In this document: one piece after another, positions 32,473 to 41,597 of the stretch
How positions within the stretch are numbered: the stretch's first letter is position 1
Layout of the letters: every line of letters begins with the position of its first letter
Source of the DNA: Candidatus Poribacteria bacterium
GTDB taxonomy: Bacteria; Poribacteria; WGA-4E; WGA-3G
Direction: 5' to 3'
Length of the DNA stretch: 64,000 nt
Assembly: GCA_963663765.2 (NCBI GenBank)
Contig: CAXXUA010000015.1
Location: 352,001 to 416,000, forward strand
The notes under the pieces: generated by a model
What the model was told of the DNA's origin: nothing
What the model saw: the letters and a program-made list of their open reading frames with translations, nothing else
Databases searched by the model: none
Program-made: the position numbers and the translations under genes

Positions 32473-32587
32473 TTTAGTTGTTTTTTTCGCATTTTTTGTA
32501 TTTTTTTATTAAGTGTTCTCGATCGTGTAGTGGTATGGGTTTATGTCGGTTTATTGAATTTGCGAAATTTTGAAAAAAACAACTAAA
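32473..32587. repeat. 16-bp perfect inverted repeat with an 83-bp spacer
   Basis: TTTAGTTGTTTTTTTC (32473-32488) / GAAAAAAACAACTAAA (32572-32587). Confidence 0.5.
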
Positions 32588-32991
32588 TGGATATTTTAAC
32601 TTTTTTTGTTGTGTATTTTTAGCATAAAGTTGGAATTTAAGTAAAGTGAGTTGGGGTATCCGAAATTACTTGAATTTAGGTAAAGATAGGAAGATGATTC
32701 CTGTTTTTACCATCAAAGTTGATCATAATGGGTAATCAACTGTAACACAAAAAGACAGTTTGCTTCACAAAGACATTACCCGATCTCATTCTACTATACA
32801 TTATGTTAGGGTGAGGATAGTTTTGTTTTTTGAGTTGTTTATTGGGATTTCTAATAGATTTAATGTGTATTTGGATTTATTGAAAACATCTCTGTTGAAT
32901 AACTTTACACACCTTACATCACAGATTCAATTGATTTTCATTAGAAAATGTGATACCTTGAATAAGTGAATACAACAATATAGGAAGACTT

Positions 32992-33930
32992 ATGAACAAC
33001 TCTGAAACCTTTCAAATACTTGCATTAGATGGTGGCGGTACTAGAGGTATTTACACAGCACAACTGCTTTCTAAAATTGAGCAAGAATTTGATGTGCGAA
33101 TCAAGGACTGCTTCAACCTCATTTCAGGAACAAGCACTGGTTCAATCATTGCAGGTGCAGCAGTTTCAGATATAAATATGGATGAAATCGTCGATCTATT
33201 TGACTCTGAAACACAAGAGATATTTCAAAAAAAATGGTATCGTAATCCGCTATTATTTAGCAAATATTCAAACGCAAAACTGCTGCAAATAATCGCGAAA
33301 CATATCCCTAAAACACCTCTGTCAGAAATATCTACACCTTTGTTAATAACAAGCTCAGAAATTACTAAAAGTGAGTTGCATGTCTTTAGATCAAGCTATG
33401 CTAAAAAGTTAAATGAATCCAATTATTCAGATGGAAATGTGTGTTTACTTGATGCAATCGTTGCATCATGCGCTGCACCAACATTCTTTGCACCTAAAAT
33501 GATGAATGATAAGTTATTAGCTGATGGAGGGTTATGGGCAAATAATCCTTCAATTGCAGCTTATGTAGAAGCCCTTACAGTTTTTGGGAAAAATGCATCA
33601 CAGGTCAGAATACTATCAATTGGTACGGGACATTCCACATCAATGTATGGAAATAAACGCGGTTGGGGGTTTCTATCTGGTTGGGGTGGTGTGAAATTAG
33701 TTTCGTATGTGATGACTTTACAATCTCATTCATCTGCTAATATGATGACACGTCTATTGCAAAACAATTATTTGCGGGTAGATCCAAAAATAGATTTTTG
33801 GGATATAGATACTGTTAAGCAGTTAGATAAGTTGAAAGCACTCGCTGAAAGAGATTTCACCGAACATGTTACAAAATTCGAAGCATTTATTTCTCAGTCA
33901 AGAAATTCTTTAACAGCTGCAGCAAACTGA
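32992..33930 (+). CDS. Patatin-like phospholipase
   Basis: LALDGGGTRG, GTSTG nucleophile motif, ASCAAPTFF, DGGLWANNP. Confidence 0.9.
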   Translation: MNNSETFQILALDGGGTRGIYTAQLLSKIEQEFDVRIKDCFNLISGTSTGSIIAGAAVSDINMDEIVDLFDSETQEIFQKKWYRNPLLFSKYSNAKLLQIIAKHIPKTPLSEISTPLLITSSEITKSELHVFRSSYAKKLNESNYSDGNVCLLDAIVASCAAPTFFAPKMMNDKLLADGGLWANNPSIAAYVEALTVFGKNASQVRILSIGTGHSTSMYGNKRGWGFLSGWGGVKLVSYVMTLQSHSSANMMTRLLQNNYLRVDPKIDFWDIDTVKQLDKLKALAERDFTEHVTKFEAFISQSRNSLTAAAN

Positions 33931-34988
33931 TCTGGACAATCGTCAAATATAAAATGTCCAGAAATAGAAGTTGCATCGGAGCAACCAATAGATACAAACT
34001 TCGCATTTGGAATAAATTCCTTGTACTCCTTGCTACCATTCAGCGTAATATCATCGTCATCTCCGTGCAAAATTAGGGTTGGTGCTGTGATATTTACAAC
34101 AGCATCACGGTAATCTGGTGATTTACCAGTGCTAAAGTAAACCGCAAATGAACTCCACCCACCCGGAGTAGGCGTCGCATCCATAAGAGAAATATCATAT
34201 CCCATCCCTTTCAGGAGATAGTGCCCTACTTGCGTTTGTAAATCTACAAGATCACTATCCGATTTAGAAAAAATGTCTCTGAAATTTAAGTATTCTTTAA
34301 TAAGCGTATCATACTCAGCTTGTTCTTTTATAGGGATTCTGTCCCGGACAGCATTAAATATGTTGGTTTCCTTCTGCAGTGGTGTTAGCACACCTGCGGG
34401 TGCAATAAGAATCATCTTCTCTACCTGCTCAGGAAATTCTGCTGCGTAAAGTGCGGCGATAAAGCCGCCGAAGGAATGTCCGATTAACAATAATTTCTCT
34501 TCATTGAGGATACGGCGGATGCGTTCTATATCTGCAATCTGTGCTCCAATGCCAAGTGTTTGTTCAAGTTCTGTCATATTCTTCGGATAATTTTTTGATT
34601 CGAACCGGTTAATCGGTCTTGTTGAGTCCCCTGCACCTCGTTGATGGTAGTAATAGAATGAATATTGTTCCTCCAACGATTCTAACCCTTTCCATGCCTT
34701 TGCATAAGGAATCCCTGGGCCACCGTGAACAATGACGACAGGTCTGCCTTCACCATACGTGTTGAAGTGAAGCGATATATCGGATTCCACGCGCCACACT
34801 GACGAATCAGTTTGCTTGGGTGGCTCCAACGGAGCTCGTAAGTTCTCACCTGCACTGACAGAACTATATTTATAGAGAGGTTGTCCCATTTGCCAAAACA
34901 TATATACTACAGCGATGGCTATTACTACCACAATTGTCACGCCACCAATAAGCGCAAATTTTACAAATTTTTTCATATTTATACTCAT
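33894..34988 (-). CDS. Alpha/beta hydrolase (proline iminopeptidase-like) with N-terminal anchor
   Basis: HGGPG, QRGAG, GHSFGG, C-terminal SGH. Confidence 0.82.
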   Translation of the reverse strand: MSINMKKFVKFALIGGVTIVVVIAIAVVYMFWQMGQPLYKYSSVSAGENLRAPLEPPKQTDSSVWRVESDISLHFNTYGEGRPVVIVHGGPGIPYAKAWKGLESLEEQYSFYYYHQRGAGDSTRPINRFESKNYPKNMTELEQTLGIGAQIADIERIRRILNEEKLLLIGHSFGGFIAALYAAEFPEQVEKMILIAPAGVLTPLQKETNIFNAVRDRIPIKEQAEYDTLIKEYLNFRDIFSKSDSDLVDLQTQVGHYLLKGMGYDISLMDATPTPGGWSSFAVYFSTGKSPDYRDAVVNITAPTLILHGDDDDITLNGSKEYKEFIPNAKFVSIGCSDATSISGHFIFDDCPDQFAAAVKEFLD

Positions 34989-35094
34989 TAATTTCCCTTG
35001 ATCTTACTGAACAGTAAATTCACAGCCAAAGTCCAAACATGTGTTGACATCTATGAGATTCCTCATGTGTTCACATTTTGAAATTACATTTACA

Positions 35095-35970
35095 TCAAAT
35101 CAATCCTGTTTCCGTAAGCGTTCTTCGGAGGGATTCAAGATTCGCAGGAACCATCGGGGCGAGTGGAAGTCGGACTTCTCCATTGAGTTTACCCATCAAC
35201 ATCAACGCTGTTTTGGCAGGGATTGGATTTGTTTCAATAAAGAGATTAACTGCCAACGGTAAGGTCTTATAGTGGATTTTTCTTGCACGGTCAAAATTAC
35301 CAGCATGAAAAGCATTGCACATTTCCGCTACATCTGAGGGAGCAATGTTAGCAACAACGGAGATTACACCTTTACCACCTACAGCCAAGATTGGAAGTGT
35401 GTTAACATCGTCTCCAGATAGTACAACAAAGTCATCAGGACACATGTTTACGACTTCACTTGCACGTTTGAGTTCACCCGTTGCTTCTTTTAATGCGACA
35501 ATATTTGGATGTTCTGCGAGTCGTGCGATCGTTGGTGATAAAATGTCAGTACCGCACCGTCCAGGAACGTTGTATACCACAATTGGGATGTCAACTGAAT
35601 CTGCTATTTTCATGTAATGTGCATAGAGTCCATCCTGTGTAGGTTTATTGTAATAAGGGGTGACAATGAGTGCTGCATTTGCGCCTGCTGCTTTTGCGTG
35701 TTTTGTAGCGCGCAGGGTTCGCGTCGTAGAATTTGAACCAGTACCGGCGATGACAGGTAGTTTTCCATTTACTGTTTCAACGGTAATTTCAATAACTCTG
35801 TCGTGTTCAGTATCGGAAAGTGCGGGGGATTCTCCGGTTGTGCCACACGGGACGATGCCGTGTGTTCCACCTTCAATCTGAAACTGTATCAGTTCTCTTA
35901 GTTTTGCTTCATCTAACGATTCATCGTCTTTGAATGGTGTAACGAGTGCGACATAAGACCCCTCAAACAT
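35095..35970 (-). CDS. dapA: 4-hydroxy-tetrahydrodipicolinate synthase
   Basis: CGTTGES, TPYYNKP, YNVPGR, LKEA, ETNPIP. Confidence 0.96.
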   Translation of the reverse strand: MFEGSYVALVTPFKDDESLDEAKLRELIQFQIEGGTHGIVPCGTTGESPALSDTEHDRVIEITVETVNGKLPVIAGTGSNSTTRTLRATKHAKAAGANAALIVTPYYNKPTQDGLYAHYMKIADSVDIPIVVYNVPGRCGTDILSPTIARLAEHPNIVALKEATGELKRASEVVNMCPDDFVVLSGDDVNTLPILAVGGKGVISVVANIAPSDVAEMCNAFHAGNFDRARKIHYKTLPLAVNLFIETNPIPAKTALMLMGKLNGEVRLPLAPMVPANLESLRRTLTETGLI

Positions 35971-36016
35971 GTATTCCTCCTTGATGTTTATTTTATGAAT
36001 ATGTATATTTTCCTGC

Positions 36017-36850
36017 TTAATAATTCCATGCGGTTGATGTAAGTTCTCCAGCGAAAATTACGCGTGCATCACCTTCAAGGTACACATTTTTTGCTTCATT
36101 TTCTTTTAAATCAAAATGAATTTTTAACACAACTCCACTTGCAGTTTTCACAGAAACGGGTGAATCCACCTTACCCAAAGTAGCAGAGACAATTGCTGAT
36201 GCAATAGAACCCGTACCGCAAGCCAGTGTTTCATTTTCTACACCGCGTTCATAAGTGCGTATTTCAATTAGTTCTTCTGAGTGAATCGTAATAAAATTTG
36301 CGTTTGTACCTGCGGGTTTGAAGTCGTTGTGATATCGTGTTTGTTGTCCGAGATCAAAAACATCAGTCGCATCTAAATCTTCTACATAGAATACAACGTG
36401 GGGTACACCACTATTTACATAACCGACACTGTGAACACCATCATCAAGTTGGAGTTGAACATTTATACGTATATCAGTTGGATCACTCATAAGTACTTTA
36501 ACGTTGTCTCCAACAATTTCCGCTTCATATATCCCTGCATTTGTCAAAAACTGCATCTTTTCTGGGACGATTCCATTCAAATATGCAAATTTAGAGATAC
36601 AACGCGCCCCGTTACCACAAGTTTCAACTTCTCCACCATCAGCATTATAATAACGCATACGAAAATCAGCATCCTCTGTCGGTTCTAATAGTAGGATTCC
36701 ATCTGCGCCAACTGACATTCGCCGTTGGCATATCTTCGTAACAAAAGTCATGAATTCTGAATCGGTACTATCAATGGTGTGATTTAAATTATTGATAATT
36801 ACGAAGTCATTTCCTGCACCGCTAAGTTTCATAAAAGGTATCTTATCCAT
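36017..36850 (-). CDS. dapF: Diaminopimelate epimerase
   Basis: GAGNDF, GADG, TCGNGARC, GVPH, YERGVENETLACGTG. Confidence 0.96.
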   Translation of the reverse strand: MDKIPFMKLSGAGNDFVIINNLNHTIDSTDSEFMTFVTKICQRRMSVGADGILLLEPTEDADFRMRYYNADGGEVETCGNGARCISKFAYLNGIVPEKMQFLTNAGIYEAEIVGDNVKVLMSDPTDIRINVQLQLDDGVHSVGYVNSGVPHVVFYVEDLDATDVFDLGQQTRYHNDFKPAGTNANFITIHSEELIEIRTYERGVENETLACGTGSIASAIVSATLGKVDSPVSVKTASGVVLKIHFDLKENEAKNVYLEGDARVIFAGELTSTAWNY

Positions 36851-36895
36851 GTCAAATCCTTACATTTTGTCTTGTAAATTTGGAATAGTTTTTTA

Positions 36896-37939
36896 TCATA
36901 ACATCAAGGCATTTTCATATTGTAACTGTTTTATCATATACTGATTAGATGTATCTTGAAAACGATATGCATGTGCGCGGAGTTCTTCAACAATATCTAA
37001 TACTCCATCATAACAATCACAGGTGACCAAACGTGTTCTAAAGGATTTTACGTGAGGTATACCTTTAAAATAGTTGGTATAGTGACGTCTCATCTCAAGG
37101 AGGCCGAGTGTCAAACCTTTCCATTTAATAGAAAAATCCAGGTGTTTTCTAAAAACAGAAATACGTTGATCAATTGATGGGGGTTGAAGCATTTTACCTG
37201 TTGTGAAGTAGTGTTTTATCTCATTGAATATCCAAGGGTATCCAATAGCAGCCCTCCCAATCATGATACCATCAACACCATATTTCTGTCGCATTTTATG
37301 TGCTTTTTTGGGACTGTCTACGTCGCCGTTGCCAAAAACTGGAATCATCATTTTAGGATTATCTTTAATTTTACCAATAAGTGTCCAATCTGCTTCACCT
37401 TTATACATCTGTTTTCGTGTTCTGCCATGTATTGCAATCGCCTGAATACCGACATCCTGAAGTCTCTCAGCAACTTCAACGATATACTTCGTATTGTCAT
37501 CCCATCCTAAACGTGTTTTTACGGTCACAGGTAAAGTCGTAGCTTTGACTATTTCTGCAGTCATTTTAACCATCTTTGGAATATCTTGTAAGATACCTGC
37601 CCCAGCACCTTTACAAGTGACTTTTTTTACGGGACATCCGTAGTTTATATCAATGATGTCAGGTTGGACACGTTCAGTGATTTCTACCGATTCACGCATC
37701 ACTTGTATATTGTGTCCAAAAATCTGAATACCTATGGGTCTTTCGTACTCAAAGATATCTAACTTTGCTACACTTTGTGCAGCGTCTCTTATGAGTGCTT
37801 CAGAAGAGATAAATTCGGTATACATGAGATCCGCGCCATTCTCTTTGCACACGGCGCGAAAAGGTGGATCACTGACATCTTCCATCGGTGCCAGCAGCAG
37901 AGGGAAATCTGGTATTTCTAAGTTTCCTATTTTCAACAT
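36896..37939 (-). CDS. dusB: tRNA-dihydrouridine synthase B
   Basis: LAPMEDVSD, DINYGCP, VTVKTRLGW, IHGRT, GNGDV, MIGRA. Confidence 0.92.
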   Translation of the reverse strand: MLKIGNLEIPDFPLLLAPMEDVSDPPFRAVCKENGADLMYTEFISSEALIRDAAQSVAKLDIFEYERPIGIQIFGHNIQVMRESVEITERVQPDIIDINYGCPVKKVTCKGAGAGILQDIPKMVKMTAEIVKATTLPVTVKTRLGWDDNTKYIVEVAERLQDVGIQAIAIHGRTRKQMYKGEADWTLIGKIKDNPKMMIPVFGNGDVDSPKKAHKMRQKYGVDGIMIGRAAIGYPWIFNEIKHYFTTGKMLQPPSIDQRISVFRKHLDFSIKWKGLTLGLLEMRRHYTNYFKGIPHVKSFRTRLVTCDCYDGVLDIVEELRAHAYRFQDTSNQYMIKQLQYENALML

Positions 37940-37959
37940 AGCTTAGTCTTGCATTATGT

Positions 37960-39666
37960 TTAGTCTGTTTCGAGTGAAACTCTACGTAAATACTTCCAAC
38001 CTGAAGGAGCAAGTTTAATATTCTTGACATTCTTATCAATTACCAATAGCCGTTGTGCATGTGCCAATGGTACCCAGGGAACATCTCTATGAAAAATTGC
38101 TTGTGCTTGCTGATATAGCTGAACACGTTCATCTTGGTCAGTGCTAATCCTTGCCCGGTCAAGAACATCTTGCATCTCATCACTTCGGTAAAATGCGATA
38201 TTCAGTGCGGGTATCTGAGCAGTAACTTTACTCAATAGATAATATAGGAAGTTATCTGGGTCAGCACTTGCACTCCAACCGAGCATCGCCATATCATGTT
38301 CACCGTTTTCTGTTTTTTCAAGATATGTTTCCCAATCATAAGTTACAATTGTTGTTTCAATACCGACAGTCCTTAGATTAGACTGAATTTCGTTTGCCAT
38401 TGCCATTCCATTAGGAATATAAGGACGTGGAATAGGGAGTGCCCATAAGGTTGTCTCAAATCCATCTGGATATCCTGCTTCTGTAAGAAGTTGTTTAGCA
38501 AGTTCAGGATCATACGCATATTCCTCAATTGAATCATCATAACTCCATAATATCGGTGGAATTGGATTCTTTGCTGGGATTCCTGTACCTTGGTAAAGAC
38601 GTTCAATTATATCTGCTTTATTGATTGCATGGTTAATAGCAAGACGGACTTTCAAATTGTCAAACGGGGGTTTATCCATATTCATAGCAAGATATCCAAT
38701 ATTCAGACTTGGTTGCATTAGAAGCTCAAGTCTTTCATCACTGCGAATTATTAGTAGATCATCGGGATTAGGAAATTCCATTACATGTATGTTACCTTGC
38801 TGAAGTTCCATGAACCTTATATTGTTATCAAGGATTGACCGGAATATAAGATTGTCAATTAATGGTTTTCCTGCCCAATGTGCATCATTTGCTATAAGTT
38901 CAATTTTGTCGTTTCTAAGCCACTCAACAAACTTAAACGGACCTGTTCCTACTGGATTATTTGCAAAATCATCGCCAAAATTTTCAACAGCTTCAGGACT
39001 CACAATGGAATTATCAGTAGATGCAATAAATGTCAGAAAAGGAGCATAGGGTTTATTAAGATTGACTTGTAATGTATTCTCGTCTAATGCAACAATTTGG
39101 TTGATAAACTCATCAAAGAAATTTCTTGACTGAGCATTAGGACGATTCAGAGAAAAAGCAGCTGCATAGGCATTACAAGGTGTACCATCATGGAATTGAA
39201 CACCTTGGCGCATGTAGAAGGTCCACGTCAACCCATTTGCTGAATTATCCCACATTTCTGCTAATGCAGGTTCTATTTCTGTTGTATCTTCTCTATATTG
39301 AACAAGCGTATCAAATATCATATCACATACTTTAGCTGACTCTCCATCAAGGACAAGAGCTGGATCAAGTGTTATAGAATCTCCACCTCGTCCAAAAATC
39401 AGAGTGTTTTTATCTGTATCTACATCACCAATCATACTAGCAGCGAGAACTAAGTCTAATATGTTGACGGTGCCATCACCGTTAATATCTGGGTTCGGTG
39501 TTTGTGTTACCTCAATACTCTCGCCAAAATGTGATGCGATGTAGGTGAGATCAGGTATGTTTACAACTCCATCTTCATTAACATCCCCTTTAATCTGTGC
39601 GTAAATGACTGTAATTAGGACGATTGACAATACAAATGCTGCTGTTGTGAATAATCTTTTCTTCAT
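37960..39666 (-). CDS. DppA-like family 5 solute-binding protein with N-terminal dockerin-like repeat
   Basis: Signal peptide, GDVNEDGVVNIPDL / DINGDGTVNILDL, then NPVGTGPF, VRLAINHAIN, PRPYIP. Confidence 0.85.
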   Translation of the reverse strand: MKKRLFTTAAFVLSIVLITVIYAQIKGDVNEDGVVNIPDLTYIASHFGESIEVTQTPNPDINGDGTVNILDLVLAASMIGDVDTDKNTLIFGRGGDSITLDPALVLDGESAKVCDMIFDTLVQYREDTTEIEPALAEMWDNSANGLTWTFYMRQGVQFHDGTPCNAYAAAFSLNRPNAQSRNFFDEFINQIVALDENTLQVNLNKPYAPFLTFIASTDNSIVSPEAVENFGDDFANNPVGTGPFKFVEWLRNDKIELIANDAHWAGKPLIDNLIFRSILDNNIRFMELQQGNIHVMEFPNPDDLLIIRSDERLELLMQPSLNIGYLAMNMDKPPFDNLKVRLAINHAINKADIIERLYQGTGIPAKNPIPPILWSYDDSIEEYAYDPELAKQLLTEAGYPDGFETTLWALPIPRPYIPNGMAMANEIQSNLRTVGIETTIVTYDWETYLEKTENGEHDMAMLGWSASADPDNFLYYLLSKVTAQIPALNIAFYRSDEMQDVLDRARISTDQDERVQLYQQAQAIFHRDVPWVPLAHAQRLLVIDKNVKNIKLAPSGWKYLRRVSLETD

Positions 39667-39667
39667 A

Positions 39668-41335
39668 TTACCTTTCAAGTGTTACATTTCGTAAGTATTT
39701 CCAATTTAATGGATGAAGATTAAGGTTTTCCACCTTCTTATTAATTACCAAGACTTGTTTTGCGTGTGCTAATGGCACCCAAGGAACGTCTTTGTGAAAT
39801 ATGCGTTGTGCTTCCATATAGAGTGAAATGCGTTTTTCTTTATCTGTAGTTTCTCTTGCCTTTTCTAATAAATCCTGCATAGCCTCACTTCGATAAAAAG
39901 CGATGTTGGCAGCAGGTTTCTCTGCTGAAGTTTTACTTAAAAGTACATATAAGAAGTTATCTGGGTCTCCAAGGTCAGCACTCCAACCTAACATTGCCAT
40001 GTCATGTTCACCATATTTTGTTTTCTCAAGATATGTGCCCCAATCATAAGTTTGTATTTTTGCATCAATTCCAATTTTTCGGAGATCAGATTGAATAACT
40101 TCTGCCATAGCGCGTCCATCCGGAATGTATGGACGTGGAACAGGTAGTGACCATAGTGTGGTACTAAATCCATCGGGATAACCCGCTTCAGTTAGCAGTT
40201 TTTTTGCAAGTTTAGGATCATAGGTGTAGTCCTGAATAGAATCATCATAACTCCAAAGAGTCGGTGGTATTGGATTCTTTGCTGGTGTTCCCAACCCTTG
40301 GTAGAGATGTTCAATAATAGTCTTTTTATCAATAGCATGGTTTATTGCTAATCTAACCTTTTGATTATTCAAAGGCGGTTTATCTAAGTTCATTGCTAAA
40401 TAACCGATGTTCATCCCGGGTTGAGTAAGTAATGAAAGTTCGTCGTCATCACGTATCTGCTGTAAATCATCTGGATTTGGGAATTCCATCACGTGTATAC
40501 TACCACGTTGGATTTCAATCAATCTCACAGCATTGTCTGGAATAGAACGGAAGATAACTCTATCTAACTTTGGTCTACCACCCCAATAGTTCTTGTTTGC
40601 TTCTAGTACAATTTTATCACTTCTATCCCATCGGACGAACTTAAAGGGACCTGTTCCAACTGGGTTGTTTGAGAATGTATCATCTTGATTCTTGTATTTT
40701 TTTACTGCAGTTGGACTGACGATGGCGAAAGGCGTGATAGCGATTGTATAGATAAAAGGTGCGTAAGCAGTTTTTAGGGTAATCTGTATGGTAAACTCAT
40801 CAATTGCAGTGATATTATCTACGATATTTGCTAAGCCGGTAGCTACCCAATAAATATAGGATCCACCAACATCATGAAACTCATGTGTTTTCTCATGCTG
40901 TCTATTGAGTGAAAACAAGACTGCTTCTGCATTGAATGGTGTGCCATCATGAAATTTGACACCTTTTCGTAGGTAAAATGTCCAAGTTAATCCGTCCTTA
41001 GAACTTTCCCAACGTGTTGCCAGACCCGGTTCAATTTCAGTACTTCTATCTTTATACTGAACAAGTGTATCGTAAATATTATCACATACTTTGAAGGATT
41101 CACCATCTTCTTCAAATGCTGGATCTAATCCAACAGAGTCACCTCCCCGACCAAAAATCAATGTTCCTCCAACACCATGGGAATCCGCATAAGCATAGGT
41201 GGGTAATACTGTCATAGTGAATGTTATTATGGCTACAATAGAAAAAAACAAAAATGATTGTCTCAGATGAATATAAAAACAGTCCAATCTTACAAAATAC
41301 ATTTTGTACAAATCAGCAAATAGGTTTCTTAGCAT
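39668..41335 (-). CDS. dppA: Dipeptide ABC transporter substrate-binding protein (DppA-like)
   Basis: LRKGVKFHDG, NPVGTGPF, PRPYIPD, GDPDNF. Start placed at ATG 41335 (GGAG RBS) because a promoter overlaps ATG 41371. Confidence 0.75.
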   Translation of the reverse strand: MLRNLFADLYKMYFVRLDCFYIHLRQSFLFFSIVAIITFTMTVLPTYAYADSHGVGGTLIFGRGGDSVGLDPAFEEDGESFKVCDNIYDTLVQYKDRSTEIEPGLATRWESSKDGLTWTFYLRKGVKFHDGTPFNAEAVLFSLNRQHEKTHEFHDVGGSYIYWVATGLANIVDNITAIDEFTIQITLKTAYAPFIYTIAITPFAIVSPTAVKKYKNQDDTFSNNPVGTGPFKFVRWDRSDKIVLEANKNYWGGRPKLDRVIFRSIPDNAVRLIEIQRGSIHVMEFPNPDDLQQIRDDDELSLLTQPGMNIGYLAMNLDKPPLNNQKVRLAINHAIDKKTIIEHLYQGLGTPAKNPIPPTLWSYDDSIQDYTYDPKLAKKLLTEAGYPDGFSTTLWSLPVPRPYIPDGRAMAEVIQSDLRKIGIDAKIQTYDWGTYLEKTKYGEHDMAMLGWSADLGDPDNFLYVLLSKTSAEKPAANIAFYRSEAMQDLLEKARETTDKEKRISLYMEAQRIFHKDVPWVPLAHAKQVLVINKKVENLNLHPLNWKYLRNVTLER

Positions 41336-41369
41336 AGTATGACTCCATTGACAAAAATATATATGTTTC

Positions 41370-41398
41370 ATTATATAGATATTTTATACAAAAGTCAA
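41370..41398 (-). promoter_or_regulatory. Sigma-70 promoter of the dppA-dusB-dapF-dapA run
   Basis: TTGACT-17 bp-TATAAT on the minus strand. Confidence 0.7.
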
Positions 41399-41459
41399 GT
41401 CAATTTAGGGTGAGTAAAAGTTATTGCAGACAGAATTGTCAAATCAAGTAATCAATGGA

Positions 41460-41510
41460 ATGAATGTCTTATGACATTCCCGTTTATGAATGCGTATATA
41501 GCATTCCCCG
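41460..41510 (-). repeat. Two GGAATG..CATTCAT hairpin modules related to MITE A cargo
   Basis: Minus strand CGGGGAATGCTATATACGCATTCAT and CGGGAATGTCATAAGACATTCAT resemble CGGGGAATGCCTAAACGGCATTCAT in MITE A copy 1. Confidence 0.55.
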
Positions 41511-41597
41511 GTCTGCGTGGATTTCTCGGAGAAGACTGCAGCATTAGAGATTGCATTGCATAAGATAAGCGTGAGTTAAGCAATATGCACTAATGTA

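Noticed and set aside
32760-32969. 69-aa ORF upstream of the patatin
   Set aside because: TTG start, no RBS and no recognisable motif.
22297-33930. Cyclase plus patatin as a CBASS/Pycsar-like defence system
   Set aside because: They are about 7 kb apart, separated by an oppositely oriented gene, and no CD-NTase motif is present.
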